Of a DNA stretch of 64,000 bases, positions 6,872 through 15,936 are shown in pieces. Each line of letters starts with the position of its first letter. Within the stretch, counting starts at the first letter, position 1. Under the pieces are notes generated by a model, which had not been told where the DNA came from, did not search any database, and saw only the letters and a list, made by a program, of their open reading frames with translations. The DNA is from Deltaproteobacteria bacterium. GTDB lineage: Bacteria > Desulfobacterota > Desulfobacteria > Desulfobacterales > JAUWMJ01. Both the position numbers and the translations under genes were made by a program. The stretch spans positions 5,041 through 69,040 of the forward strand of contig DAOWEJ010000014.1 of NCBI GenBank assembly GCA_030638575.1. The letters are read 5' to 3'.

Positions 6872-9049
6872 TTACGGTATTACCTCGATTGCCGTTACAG
6901 ATTTGCCAAGGCCTATAATAAGAATACCTTTTCCATTCAGGTGATAATCTTCACTGCCGCTAAGTTGCACAGGTATCTTGCCGTTTTGAACAAATCGTAC
7001 GGCAAGAACCGCAGCTACTGCCGATGCGCTGGCAAATTCACCGGTGAGCTTTCTATAGTCATTTACAGGATTCAAAAAACCGGAAAGGGACAAAAATTCA
7101 TCAAGCTGCTTTTCCCCAGCCTTTCTATGTGCTGCTGGAATCCCTGCAAAAACAAGCCCGTATTTTTCATTGATTTTTTCCGTTTCTCCCAGATTTTCTA
7201 TTAAAGATGACATAACCTTTCGGTTATTATCGGCACTTTCAAAAAAAGCCGGATATATTTTTAACCCTGAAGAGGTTTCTCCTGTTTTTAAGCAAAGAGC
7301 TCCACCTCCATCAGACCTTGTTTGATCCAGTAATACCGACCGGTCAAAGATATGTGACAGTATCTCATGCGATTCATCCGCCCCGATTACAAATATCGTA
7401 TCATCAGCATCAATATCATCCGACAAAAGGCTTGCCGTCATTAAAGCCTGCTCAAATGAATAATCTCCGCCGGTTGTTGTAATATTGGGTCCGGTCGCTT
7501 TAAACCGTATTGCAACCTGACCTGCCGGTGCATTATGCACAGAGCCCACAAAATTGGTAGGACTGGCAAACTGTTCATTTGATTCATAAAGATTTACAAG
7601 AAAATCATATGTTTCGGAAAGCCCTCCCCAACCTGTGCCGAGAAAAATTGATGAAGGAGGATCTGATACACCCGAGTTCTCATGGGCTGCAACTGCTAAG
7701 GATAAAACCATTCGAGGCAGGCGTTTAAGACGTCTGACTGCATTAGGTGGGAAATTCTGTGATATTTCCTTAGTCGACAGCAACCCCTTGCAGTCTTTCC
7801 CATGTAATATCTCATCCATTGTTTGATCTGTATCACCTGCGCCGGTTATACAGGAAGAGCCGACTATAGATAAATATGAGACTTTTTTTAACTTTGCTTT
7901 CGATCTTTCTTTTTCAGGTTTCCCAAGTACAATTGCAGCATTATTCCCCCCAAAGCCAAAGGAATTGGAAAGAACGGTCTTTACCCCGGTTTCAAGGTAA
8001 TTCATAGCTATGTTTAAATTTAATTCAGGATCCGGTTCGTCACAACCGATATTTGCCGGGATCATGTTTTCAGAAATACTCATGGCAGATACTACAGATT
8101 CTATTGCACCTGCAGCAGCAAGGGAGTGTCCAAAAGCACCTTTTACTGATGACATTAGAGGCTTTTTATCGCCGAACAGACTGTTTAAAGCCTTTGCCTC
8201 GGAAAGATCATTATGAAAGGTCCCCGTGCCATGCAAATTGATATAATCTATATCAGAAAGAGAGATATCAGAATCATTAACCGCCGCTAATATTGCACCG
8301 GCTCCTCCTCTACCTTCAGGATGCGGAGTTGAAGAATGATAAGCGTCACAGGACAATCCTGCACCAAGAACCTCTGCAACTGCATTGTCAGGAACATCTT
8401 CATCAGATACAAGAAGAAGCATTGCAGCTCCTTCAGATACGGACATCCCGTTTCTGTTCCTGTCAAAGGGGCGGGCCCCTTCAGGATCTATTAATTGCAG
8501 GGAATTGAATCCGTAATATGTAAGCCGGCAAAGTGAATCCGCACCACCGGCAAGGACTCTTTTTACCTTGCCGGTTCTCAACATCTCAAGGGCAACCTTT
8601 ATCGCCACAGTTCCGGATGAACAGGCTGTCGAAACGGTAATAACCGGCCCTGTGCATTTATATTCACCGGCGATATATTCCGCAACAGACCCGGTTGAAT
8701 GAAATCTAAACAGTTCCGGCTCCAAATCCCCCTTTTTCATGTGCTCTTCAGTGGTTAATATTCCACCTGTTGACACACCCATTACTACTGCATCCAAGGC
8801 ATCATTAAACCCTTTCATAGCTTCCTTTGCAGCGATGAGAGCAAGACTGTGAGTTCGGGGGACATTACCTGTTTCAAAAGATTCTCGTATTTCGCCGACG
8901 GGCAACGGCTTGCTTTGAGCGGTAGGAAAAAGGCTTAAAGGCGTAATTCCCTTTCTGCCCTCTTTAATTGCATCTTTTGTTTGCAAAAGCCCATGTCCGA
9001 CAGGACTGATTATTCCCATGGAAACAATGAAAATTCGTACGCCTGTCAA
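6872..9049 (-). CDS. fused beta-ketoacyl synthase plus KS-like (chain-length-factor-like) domain protein
   Basis: The N-terminal half has TACSSG, HGTGTFHND and GHSLAAAGA. The C-terminal ~320 aa has a KS-like fold, but I could not find the Cys-His-His triad in it. Confidence 0.8.
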   Translation of the reverse strand: MTGVRIFIVSMGIISPVGHGLLQTKDAIKEGRKGITPLSLFPTAQSKPLPVGEIRESFETGNVPRTHSLALIAAKEAMKGFNDALDAVVMGVSTGGILTTEEHMKKGDLEPELFRFHSTGSVAEYIAGEYKCTGPVITVSTACSSGTVAIKVALEMLRTGKVKRVLAGGADSLCRLTYYGFNSLQLIDPEGARPFDRNRNGMSVSEGAAMLLLVSDEDVPDNAVAEVLGAGLSCDAYHSSTPHPEGRGGAGAILAAVNDSDISLSDIDYINLHGTGTFHNDLSEAKALNSLFGDKKPLMSSVKGAFGHSLAAAGAIESVVSAMSISENMIPANIGCDEPDPELNLNIAMNYLETGVKTVLSNSFGFGGNNAAIVLGKPEKERSKAKLKKVSYLSIVGSSCITGAGDTDQTMDEILHGKDCKGLLSTKEISQNFPPNAVRRLKRLPRMVLSLAVAAHENSGVSDPPSSIFLGTGWGGLSETYDFLVNLYESNEQFASPTNFVGSVHNAPAGQVAIRFKATGPNITTTGGDYSFEQALMTASLLSDDIDADDTIFVIGADESHEILSHIFDRSVLLDQTRSDGGGALCLKTGETSSGLKIYPAFFESADNNRKVMSSLIENLGETEKINEKYGLVFAGIPAAHRKAGEKQLDEFLSLSGFLNPVNDYRKLTGEFASASAVAAVLAVRFVQNGKIPVQLSGSEDYHLNGKGILIIGLGKSVTAIEVIP

Positions 9050-9312
9050 TTAGATTTCTCCGGGGATTTTTCGCAGATATAGTCAGCCATTGTCCTAAGG
9101 GATGAAAAAACTTTTGCACCCAGCTCCTTATTATTAACTATAACGGAATAATCTTTTTCCATCATTAATACAAGTTCCAGGACGTCTATGGAATCTATTT
9201 CCAGTTCTCCTCCAACCAACTGACTGTCCTCATCAATATCATCAGGAGTTACACCCTCAAGATTGAGTGTCTCGATAATTTTAACCTTTAGTTCATTTAA
9301 TAATTGCTCCAT
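9046..9312 (-). CDS. acyl carrier protein
   Basis: 88 aa with LEIDSIDVLELV Ser motif; 4-nt overlap with the downstream KS gene. Confidence 0.85.
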   Translation of the reverse strand: MEQLLNELKVKIIETLNLEGVTPDDIDEDSQLVGGELEIDSIDVLELVLMMEKDYSVIVNNKELGAKVFSSLRTMADYICEKSPEKSN

Positions 9313-9544
9313 TAACTCTATCTACCCCGCATTATTTCGATTAGTTTTAGAGACCTTTTCAAAGGTCTCTTTTAGTTGATAAATTCGTAAAAAATCCGTT
9401 TTTAAGCCGTGTCAAACTCAAAGTCGTAAGTTGTATCTTTACAGGACATTTAAATTATTGTACCATTTAATCAAAACTTTATTTATATATTTATTTTTTA
9501 TCCTTTTCAATGTTTTTTTTCAATGATGAAAAAGGTATGCGACA

Positions 9545-9988
9545 ATGATCAATGTAAGTATTGAGGAGCTCATCCCCCACCGAAATCGAATGAAACTTAT
9601 CGACAAAATCATCGAAGCAGACGATGAAAAGGCTATTACGGAAGCAACAGTTACGGGAAAATGGCCTCTTTTTGAAGAAAACTATGTAAATTCGATTATC
9701 ATTATTGAACTCGTTGCTCAAACGGCCAGTGTTTGCATAGGGTATAAGGAACTAAAAAAAACGAATGAAAAACTAGGGGGAAGAGGCTGGCTTGTTGGAA
9801 TAAAGAATGCCTCTTTTAATTTAGATAAAATCCCTTTAAACACAAAAATAATAACCTGTTCTAAACACCATTTTAATTTTGAAAATTACACACAAATCCT
9901 GGGAACCGCGACAATAGGCTCAGACCTTATTGGTGAAGTCAACCTGCAGGTTCTTCGGTCTGAATCAGGTTCTGTCTTAGGGGATTGA
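9545..9988 (+). CDS. hotdog-fold dehydratase (ApeP/ApeI-like 3-hydroxyacyl-ACP dehydratase)
   Basis: N-terminal LIPHRNRMKLIDKI motif, typical of APE-cluster dehydratases; 147 aa. Confidence 0.7.
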   Translation: MINVSIEELIPHRNRMKLIDKIIEADDEKAITEATVTGKWPLFEENYVNSIIIIELVAQTASVCIGYKELKKTNEKLGGRGWLVGIKNASFNLDKIPLNTKIITCSKHHFNFENYTQILGTATIGSDLIGEVNLQVLRSESGSVLGD

Positions 9989-10051
9989 TTGAGTTTTTGA
10001 TTTTTTACGGCAAAAAAATTTAAATCGGAGAAATTATCCACTGCAATCAAT

Positions 10052-10236
10052 GAGCGGCCAAAGGCCTTAAAGAGCGTCACTTCGTGACTTGAGGAGCAGC
10101 CCTTCGGGGCTTTGGAGAGCGTCCCTGCGAGACTTAAAGATCGCCCCGTTAGGGCTTGAGGAGGGTCCGCCTGCGGCGGACGTGAGGCCTCGAGCGAAGC
10201 GCTCCTCAAACAAAGTGCTCCTCAAGCAAAGCGATC
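10052..10236. repeat. GAGC...TTGAG mini-hairpin module array (copy 2 of 3), ending 27 nt before the fabG ATG
   Basis: Units: gagcggccaaaggccttaaa, gagcgtcacttcgtgacttgag, gagcagcccttcggggctttgga, gagcgtccctgcgagacttaaa, gatcgccccgttagggcttgag. These are followed by the central hairpin gtccgcctgcggcggac, then reversed units ctcaaacaaagtgctc and ctcaagcaaagcgatc. Confidence 0.85.
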
Positions 10237-10263
10237 GGTTTCTCTTGGTTAGGAGTTAAAAAC

Positions 10264-10995
10264 ATGCATGACAACAAAAAAATAGCAATTGTTACCGGAG
10301 GGAGCAAAGGAATCGGGCGGGCAATAGCACTCGAGCTTGCAGATGCAGGATATTATATTGTCATAAATTATAAATCTGATGATAAGGCAGCGGCAGATAC
10401 CCTTAAAACAATGAAGAATAAGGGAAGTGATGGTGAGGTTGTCAAATTCGATGTTTCAGATTCCGAAGAGGCGGAAAAAGCGATAAATGATATTACCTCC
10501 CGTTTTAGTAATATCGAAGTTCTGGTGAACAATGCCGGCATAGCAGCAGACGGATTATTCGTTTTTATGCCTGAAAACGATTGGGACAAGGTAATTAACA
10601 CCACTCTTAAAGGTTTTTATAATGTTACGAAACCTGTTTTAATGAAAATGGTTCCAAATAAACGGGGAGCTATCGTATCAATATCGTCTGTTGCCGCACT
10701 GGTCAGCAATAGAGGACAGGCTAACTACTCTGCAGCAAAGGCAGGCTTGATCGGGGCAAGCAGGGCTATTTCATCTGAAGTTGCCAGGCTCGGTATTCGT
10801 GTTAATGTTGTGGCACCCGGACTCATTGAAACGGAAATGATAAAGGATGTGCCTTTAAATAACATCAAACAGATGATTCCCATGGCAAGGGTCGGCCGGC
10901 CGGAAGAAGTTGCAAAGGTTGTAAGGTTTCTTTGTTCAGAAGACGCCTCGTATATTAGCGGTCAGGTTATCTCTGTAAATGGAGGGATGTTTTAA
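10264..10995 (+). CDS. fabG: 3-oxoacyl-ACP reductase (SDR)
   Basis: TGGSKGIGRAIA cofactor motif; catalytic YSAAKAG; 243 aa. Confidence 0.9.
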   Translation: MHDNKKIAIVTGGSKGIGRAIALELADAGYYIVINYKSDDKAAADTLKTMKNKGSDGEVVKFDVSDSEEAEKAINDITSRFSNIEVLVNNAGIAADGLFVFMPENDWDKVINTTLKGFYNVTKPVLMKMVPNKRGAIVSISSVAALVSNRGQANYSAAKAGLIGASRAISSEVARLGIRVNVVAPGLIETEMIKDVPLNNIKQMIPMARVGRPEEVAKVVRFLCSEDASYISGQVISVNGGMF

Positions 10996-11030
10996 AACCG
11001 GATCACCTGAAAGCTCTTCTTTTAGGGTAA

Positions 11031-11206
11031 CAGTTCAGCCACTAAGGCACCAAGGCACAAAGAAGAGATATGAATTATAAAACTTTGACAAAAAGAGAAG
11101 AATCAATAGCTGAAAAACTGTAGATGCAGCATATACCGTTTATTAAAAATGGCACTAAATGAATTATATTATAATCTTAGTGTCTTTGTGACTTTGTGGC
11201 TGAACT
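11031..11206. repeat. Palindromic cassette with CACNAAG-triplet arms enclosing a decayed small gene
   Basis: Arms are cagttcagccactaaggcaccaaggcacaaag / ctttgtgactttgtggctgaact. The interior reads MNYKTLTKREESIAEKL*, which resembles the N-terminus of GxxExxY-family proteins (recognition from memory, low certainty). Confidence 0.7.
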
Positions 11207-11252
11207 ATTACCTTTTAGGTTTATTTTAAAAAAGGCTAAATTAATACGAAAA

Positions 11253-11870
11253 ATGAAAATAAAGAAATGCTATAGTTCTGTTTCGATATTTATCTTGTTC
11301 ATTGCAAGCTATCTGTCGATTGGATGGGCCGACAACTGGGACCAGATAAAAAAGTCGGCAGTGGAGGTTAATACAGTTAAAGCCGATTTCATTCAGGAAA
11401 AGCACATGAAAATTCTGACAAAGCCGCTGATTTCAAGAGGGGTTTTTTATTATAAAGTGCCGAAATCTCTTAGATGGGAATATATTTCGCCGGTTAAAAG
11501 CATTCTGATGATGCAAAATGGAAAAACAAAGCGCTTTATAAAAAAAAATGAGGGCTATATTGAAGATAACAGCGCTAATCTTCAGGCAATGAAGTTTGTT
11601 CTGCAGGAAATCACCATGTGGCTTAGCGGCCGCTTTGATGAAAATCCGGATTTTACTGCAACTTTAGAATCCGGGCATAAAATACTCCTTTTGCCTAAAG
11701 AAAAATCTCTTTCCATGATGATCCAGAAAATAGAATTAACACTCTCCGACCGGCCGGGCATAATAAAATCGGTCAAAATATATGAAAGCGAAAACTCTTT
11801 TACAAAACTTGTTTTTAAAAAAGTTATACTAAATGATAAGATCGAAGATTCTTTATTCCGGAAGATTTAA
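11253..11870 (+). CDS. LolA-like outer-membrane lipoprotein carrier family protein
   Basis: Signal peptide MKIKKCYSSVSIFILFIAS; motifs VKADFIQEKHMKILTKPLISRGVFYY and LRWEY. ATG at 11253 is preferred because 11196 lies inside a repeat. Confidence 0.7.
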   Translation: MKIKKCYSSVSIFILFIASYLSIGWADNWDQIKKSAVEVNTVKADFIQEKHMKILTKPLISRGVFYYKVPKSLRWEYISPVKSILMMQNGKTKRFIKKNEGYIEDNSANLQAMKFVLQEITMWLSGRFDENPDFTATLESGHKILLLPKEKSLSMMIQKIELTLSDRPGIIKSVKIYESENSFTKLVFKKVILNDKIEDSLFRKI

Positions 11871-11874
11871 TGAA

Positions 11875-12001
11875 GATGGCGTCGTAGAAAGTCCCATCTA
11901 CTGCGTTGCAGCGGTTTTTCAGACACTCGGCATACTACATGTATTGCCTCGTCCCTGAAAAACCGCTGCGCCTTGTATATGGAACTTTCTACTTAGCCAT
12001 C
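11875..12001. repeat. Hairpin element of the GATGGCGTCGTAGAAAGTC family
   Basis: The same element occurs reverse-complemented at 16811-16937 and 57467-57593. The core hairpin pairs gcagcggtttttcag with ctgaaaaaccgctgc. Confidence 0.85.
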
Positions 12002-12026
12002 GGTTATAATTTTTACGAGTTTATCA

Positions 12027-12704
12027 ATGAAAAGTGTCACATTTCTGTTCATACTTATATTTGGGACTATCTCCTGCACCGGCCTTCCAAAACTTGACCC
12101 TGTCAATTCTTCGATAATACCGGAAATCCATAAAAGATGCTCTGCTTTGTTTCTAAATGGCAGATGGGAATTTATCCACTCCATTGAAGCCACAATGCCG
12201 AATAATAAAAAGAGCTTCATAATAGGAATAACCGTTATTTCCCCGGAAATAAAAAGAGTCGAATCTGTGATAATGACCATTGAGGGACTCGTTCTTTTTG
12301 ATGCATGTTATGAACAAAAAGTAGTTATTAATCGGGGAATTCCGCCATTTGACTCTGTCGATTTTGCCAGGCACCTAATGGATGATATCAAGCTGATGTT
12401 TTTTAAACCCGATGGCCAAATCATTGAAGCAGGAATGTTAAGTAGTGGTGAATATGTCTGCAGACATAAGAGTAATGACGGCCATTTTGTTGATATTGTC
12501 ACAAATAACGTCTGCGCCTGGGAAATTCGCCGGTACACCCCAAGTGCTGCTTTAAGAAAAACTATTAAGGCCAGCCATTGTAAAACGCTGCCCGGCTCAA
12601 ACGGCATTCGCATTCCAGGCAGAATAGAACTTGATGACCGCGGAGCTAATGGATATTCATTGACATTGGAACTGATAGGGGCTAAGCCTCTGGCAAAAAA
12701 TTAA
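12027..12704 (+). CDS. putative lipoprotein (occupies the position of ApeN/DUF3261 in APE clusters)
   Basis: Signal sequence MKSVTFLFILIFGTISC with Cys. Its position between the LolA-like and radical SAM genes supports the call; no catalytic motif recognised. Confidence 0.45.
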   Translation: MKSVTFLFILIFGTISCTGLPKLDPVNSSIIPEIHKRCSALFLNGRWEFIHSIEATMPNNKKSFIIGITVISPEIKRVESVIMTIEGLVLFDACYEQKVVINRGIPPFDSVDFARHLMDDIKLMFFKPDGQIIEAGMLSSGEYVCRHKSNDGHFVDIVTNNVCAWEIRRYTPSAALRKTIKASHCKTLPGSNGIRIPGRIELDDRGANGYSLTLELIGAKPLAKN

Positions 12705-12716
12705 GGGGATTGTTTT

Positions 12717-13991
12717 ATGAAATTCAGACTGATCTATCCAAAATGGGCGAAACTTCAGAGGCAAACCGAGTTTCACCTTCCCCCCCACGGCCCTGTTGTT
12801 TTTGCCGCAACTTTGCCGGATTACGTAGAGGTGGAATTTATCGATGAAAACTTAGAAGAGATTAATTTTGATGATCCGGTAGATTTTGTGGGTATATCCA
12901 TGATGCTGACCATCCAGGTGAAAAGGGGATGGGAAATTGCCGATATATACAGAAAAAAGGGTGTTAAAGTAATCTTTGGCGGTATCTCTACCATGCTTCA
13001 CGCTGAAGAAACCATGAAGCGCGCAGATTCCGTATTTCTGGGTGAAGCAGAAGGAAGAATGGAGAAGGTGTTTTCGGACTTTGAGAAGAATAAATTGCAA
13101 AAGCTGTATAACTATATAGATGACAGGCCGCCTATAGAAATTGTAGGTACGGCACGAAGAGAAATTTTAAAAAGAGACCTGTATAATTACAAGGGTGTCC
13201 AGATGGTTGATCTGGTTCACGCGTCGAGAGGATGTAAATTTCATTGTTACCCCTGTGCTGTTGCCTACCTTGGCGGAAGAAAATTCAGACCGCGTCCCAT
13301 AGAAAAATCCATAGAGGAAATGGAGAGCATAGACAACAACCGATTGTTTCTTGTAGACAATTCACTTGCACAGGATACTAAATGGGAAATGGACCTTTTT
13401 CGGGAAATGATTCCCCTTAAAAAAAACTGGTGCAGTCACCCCATTGAAGATAAGCCGGAAGTGCTGGATCTGGCAGCCCAGGCAGGCGCATGGTATGTCT
13501 ACCAGGCTGTTTTTGACACATCAGATTTGATTAAAGACAGGATTAAACGATACCATGACCATGGAATCGGAGTTGAGGGCACCATCCTTCTCGGCCTGGA
13601 TACGCACACGGAAGACTATATTAAAAGACTTATAGATTTTCTTCTGGAAATCGATCTGGATCTTGCGGAATTTACAGTTCTGGCTCCATTCCCCCACACA
13701 AAAGCCTGGGATGATCTTCACAGGCAAAAGAGGATTTTCTCTTATGACTGGGATGAATACTCCGCCGATAGAGTAGTATATTATCCTAAACATATGACAC
13801 CGGAAAAGCTTCAGGAATTATTTCTATATGCCTGGGACGAATTTTACAAAGACGAACCCCAAAGAATCAAGATGTTCAAACTACTTCAGAAAGTGGTTAG
13901 AAAAGAAAAGGATGCTAATACATTTACTCCAAGAAGAAGAGAGCTCGCCAAACACGCCTTTGGAAGAAAAGTGGGTCTCGCAAAAGAATAA
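12717..13991 (+). CDS. B12-binding-domain radical SAM protein (class B), second copy
   Basis: N-terminal B12-binding-like region (DFVGISMM), then SRGCKFHCYPC (CX3CX2C); 424 aa. Confidence 0.8.
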   Translation: MKFRLIYPKWAKLQRQTEFHLPPHGPVVFAATLPDYVEVEFIDENLEEINFDDPVDFVGISMMLTIQVKRGWEIADIYRKKGVKVIFGGISTMLHAEETMKRADSVFLGEAEGRMEKVFSDFEKNKLQKLYNYIDDRPPIEIVGTARREILKRDLYNYKGVQMVDLVHASRGCKFHCYPCAVAYLGGRKFRPRPIEKSIEEMESIDNNRLFLVDNSLAQDTKWEMDLFREMIPLKKNWCSHPIEDKPEVLDLAAQAGAWYVYQAVFDTSDLIKDRIKRYHDHGIGVEGTILLGLDTHTEDYIKRLIDFLLEIDLDLAEFTVLAPFPHTKAWDDLHRQKRIFSYDWDEYSADRVVYYPKHMTPEKLQELFLYAWDEFYKDEPQRIKMFKLLQKVVRKEKDANTFTPRRRELAKHAFGRKVGLAKE

Positions 13992-14041
13992 CAATACTTC
14001 CTTAAAACATTTCCCCAAAAGCTTTCCAAGACTTTAAGAAA

Positions 14042-14131
14042 GAGAAATAACATGTCCAAAGAACACATTCTTGTGGTTGACGATGAGGAAGATATCCTTG
14101 AACCCATGAAGTTCAACACCAGTTTTTCTCA
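14042..14131 (+). pseudogene. 29-codon remnant of a response-regulator receiver domain
   Basis: MSKEHILVVDDEEDILEPMKFNTSFSQTA*. The first 17 aa match the receiver N-terminus (compare PhoB MAGETILIVDDEEDILE). Confidence 0.4.
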
Positions 14132-14163
14132 AACAGCTTAAATTTGTTCCTCTTTGAATTTTA

Positions 14164-15936
14164 CTATCCTGGCAGATGGATTGTGAAAGTACTTCCTTTG
14201 CCGGGAGTGCTGTCAACCGTTACATGGCCACCGTGGGCCTGGACAATATGTTTTACAATAGCAAGGCCCAGACCTGTACCGCCCTGCTCGCGGCTTCTGG
14301 CTTTGTCAACTCTGTAGAACCTTTCAAAAAGACGGGGGAGATGCTTTTTTGAAATTCCTATACCGCTGTCTTTAATGCTGAAGGAAACGCCTAAATCAGT
14401 CTTTATAGCATTGATTTGAATCTTGCTTTTTTCCATACTGTACTTAACCGCATTATTAATCAGGTTAACCATGGCCTGTTCAAAAAGCACAGGTTCGATC
14501 ATGGCTTCAAGGGAATCGTAACATGTAAAATTTATTTCTATCTGTTTTGCTTCGGCCTCTGCCTTGCAGATCTTAATTGAAGAGGTTATTATTTTTTTTA
14601 CTGCTGTCTTTGTTAACTGAATAAGATTTTCTTCGTTTTCCTTCTCTATTCTGGAAAGTTGAAGAAGATCATCAATAATAGCCCCGAGACGATTTACATG
14701 CTTTTCGATGATCGACAAAAAGCGAATTGCTTCTTTGGGATTATCCTTTGCGCCGCTTTGAAGTGTCTCAACAAAGCCCTTTATGGTTGTTAAAGGGGTT
14801 TTTATCTCATGAGAAACATTTGCCACAAAATCCTGCCGCATTTTTTCAAGACGCCTTAACTGCGTAACATCGTTTAATACGAGAAGAGTGCCGATGCGCT
14901 TTTCTTTTGAATCGCGAAGGGAAGAAGCCTTAACATTTATAATCCGTTCACCGTTTTGGTTTAAAATGATGTCTTCTTTTACAGGAATACTGCTTCCCTG
15001 AGCTTTTTCCATGAATTGTTGAAAATTGCGGTTTCTGATTATCTCATGAAGGCTCTGGTTTTTCGCAGCAGCCGGCAGTCTTGCAAACATGGTCGCCGCA
15101 GCCTGATTGAAGCTCAGGATGTGTTCATCCATATCCAGGGCAATAACCCCTTCAGCCATGCTTGACAGCACTGCTTCAATTTGGTTTCGCTGGTTTACTT
15201 CTGTCTCTATTCTGCTTTCAAGCCTGGCGGCCATCAGGTTCATCGCTTCGGCAAGATTTGCAGACTCTGTTGTACCGGGAGAGGATAAACGGTATTTCAA
15301 GTCCCCTTTGGCAAAATATTCAGCCCCCTTTCTCATCTCTTCAATGGGCCGACTGATGCGCCGTGAAACATAAAAACATACCAGTGCTGCAAACAGGGCG
15401 ATAAGGAAACCACCAAAGGTTATTCTCTCCTGTATGGAGCTGAGTTCCTCATCGACTTCCGTTAGGGGAATGGAAACCCTTAAAATCGCTTCGAGCCTGT
15501 CAGGGGATCTAAGGGGAAGGGCAACATACATCATTCTTTTTTGAAGAGTCCTGCTGTATCTGAGAGCGCTTCCAGCTTCTCCTGATAACGCCTTTATCAC
15601 TTCTGGGCGATCAGTATGATTGTCCATATCGGCAGGGTTTTTCTCTGAATCACCGATTACTCTGCCGCCAGGAAGCAACACTGTAACACGGATCTGGGCT
15701 GATTTACCTATCTCTTTGCACAGGCGGTCAACTTCACTGGCATTCAGGGGGAAAAGCTGCGGTGCGATCCTGCCCATGATGATCCGGCCTTGGACTTTTA
15801 AACCTGCAATTGTTCTTTCCATGAAGTAATCGCTTAAAAAGCTTGACGCATACCAGCTTGCAGCTCCCAGGGCAATCAGGGTGATCAAAAGATAAGTAGG
15901 ATAAAGCTGCCAGATTAACCGAATAGTTTTTTTCAT
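14164..15936 (-). CDS. phoR: phosphate regulon sensor histidine kinase
   Basis: Two TM segments, HAMP, PAS, H-box SHEIKTPLT, and an ATPase domain (GGTGLGLAIVKHIV). Overlaps phoB by 4 nt within the pst-phoU operon. Confidence 0.85.
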   Translation of the reverse strand: MKKTIRLIWQLYPTYLLITLIALGAASWYASSFLSDYFMERTIAGLKVQGRIIMGRIAPQLFPLNASEVDRLCKEIGKSAQIRVTVLLPGGRVIGDSEKNPADMDNHTDRPEVIKALSGEAGSALRYSRTLQKRMMYVALPLRSPDRLEAILRVSIPLTEVDEELSSIQERITFGGFLIALFAALVCFYVSRRISRPIEEMRKGAEYFAKGDLKYRLSSPGTTESANLAEAMNLMAARLESRIETEVNQRNQIEAVLSSMAEGVIALDMDEHILSFNQAAATMFARLPAAAKNQSLHEIIRNRNFQQFMEKAQGSSIPVKEDIILNQNGERIINVKASSLRDSKEKRIGTLLVLNDVTQLRRLEKMRQDFVANVSHEIKTPLTTIKGFVETLQSGAKDNPKEAIRFLSIIEKHVNRLGAIIDDLLQLSRIEKENEENLIQLTKTAVKKIITSSIKICKAEAEAKQIEINFTCYDSLEAMIEPVLFEQAMVNLINNAVKYSMEKSKIQINAIKTDLGVSFSIKDSGIGISKKHLPRLFERFYRVDKARSREQGGTGLGLAIVKHIVQAHGGHVTVDSTPGKGSTFTIHLPG

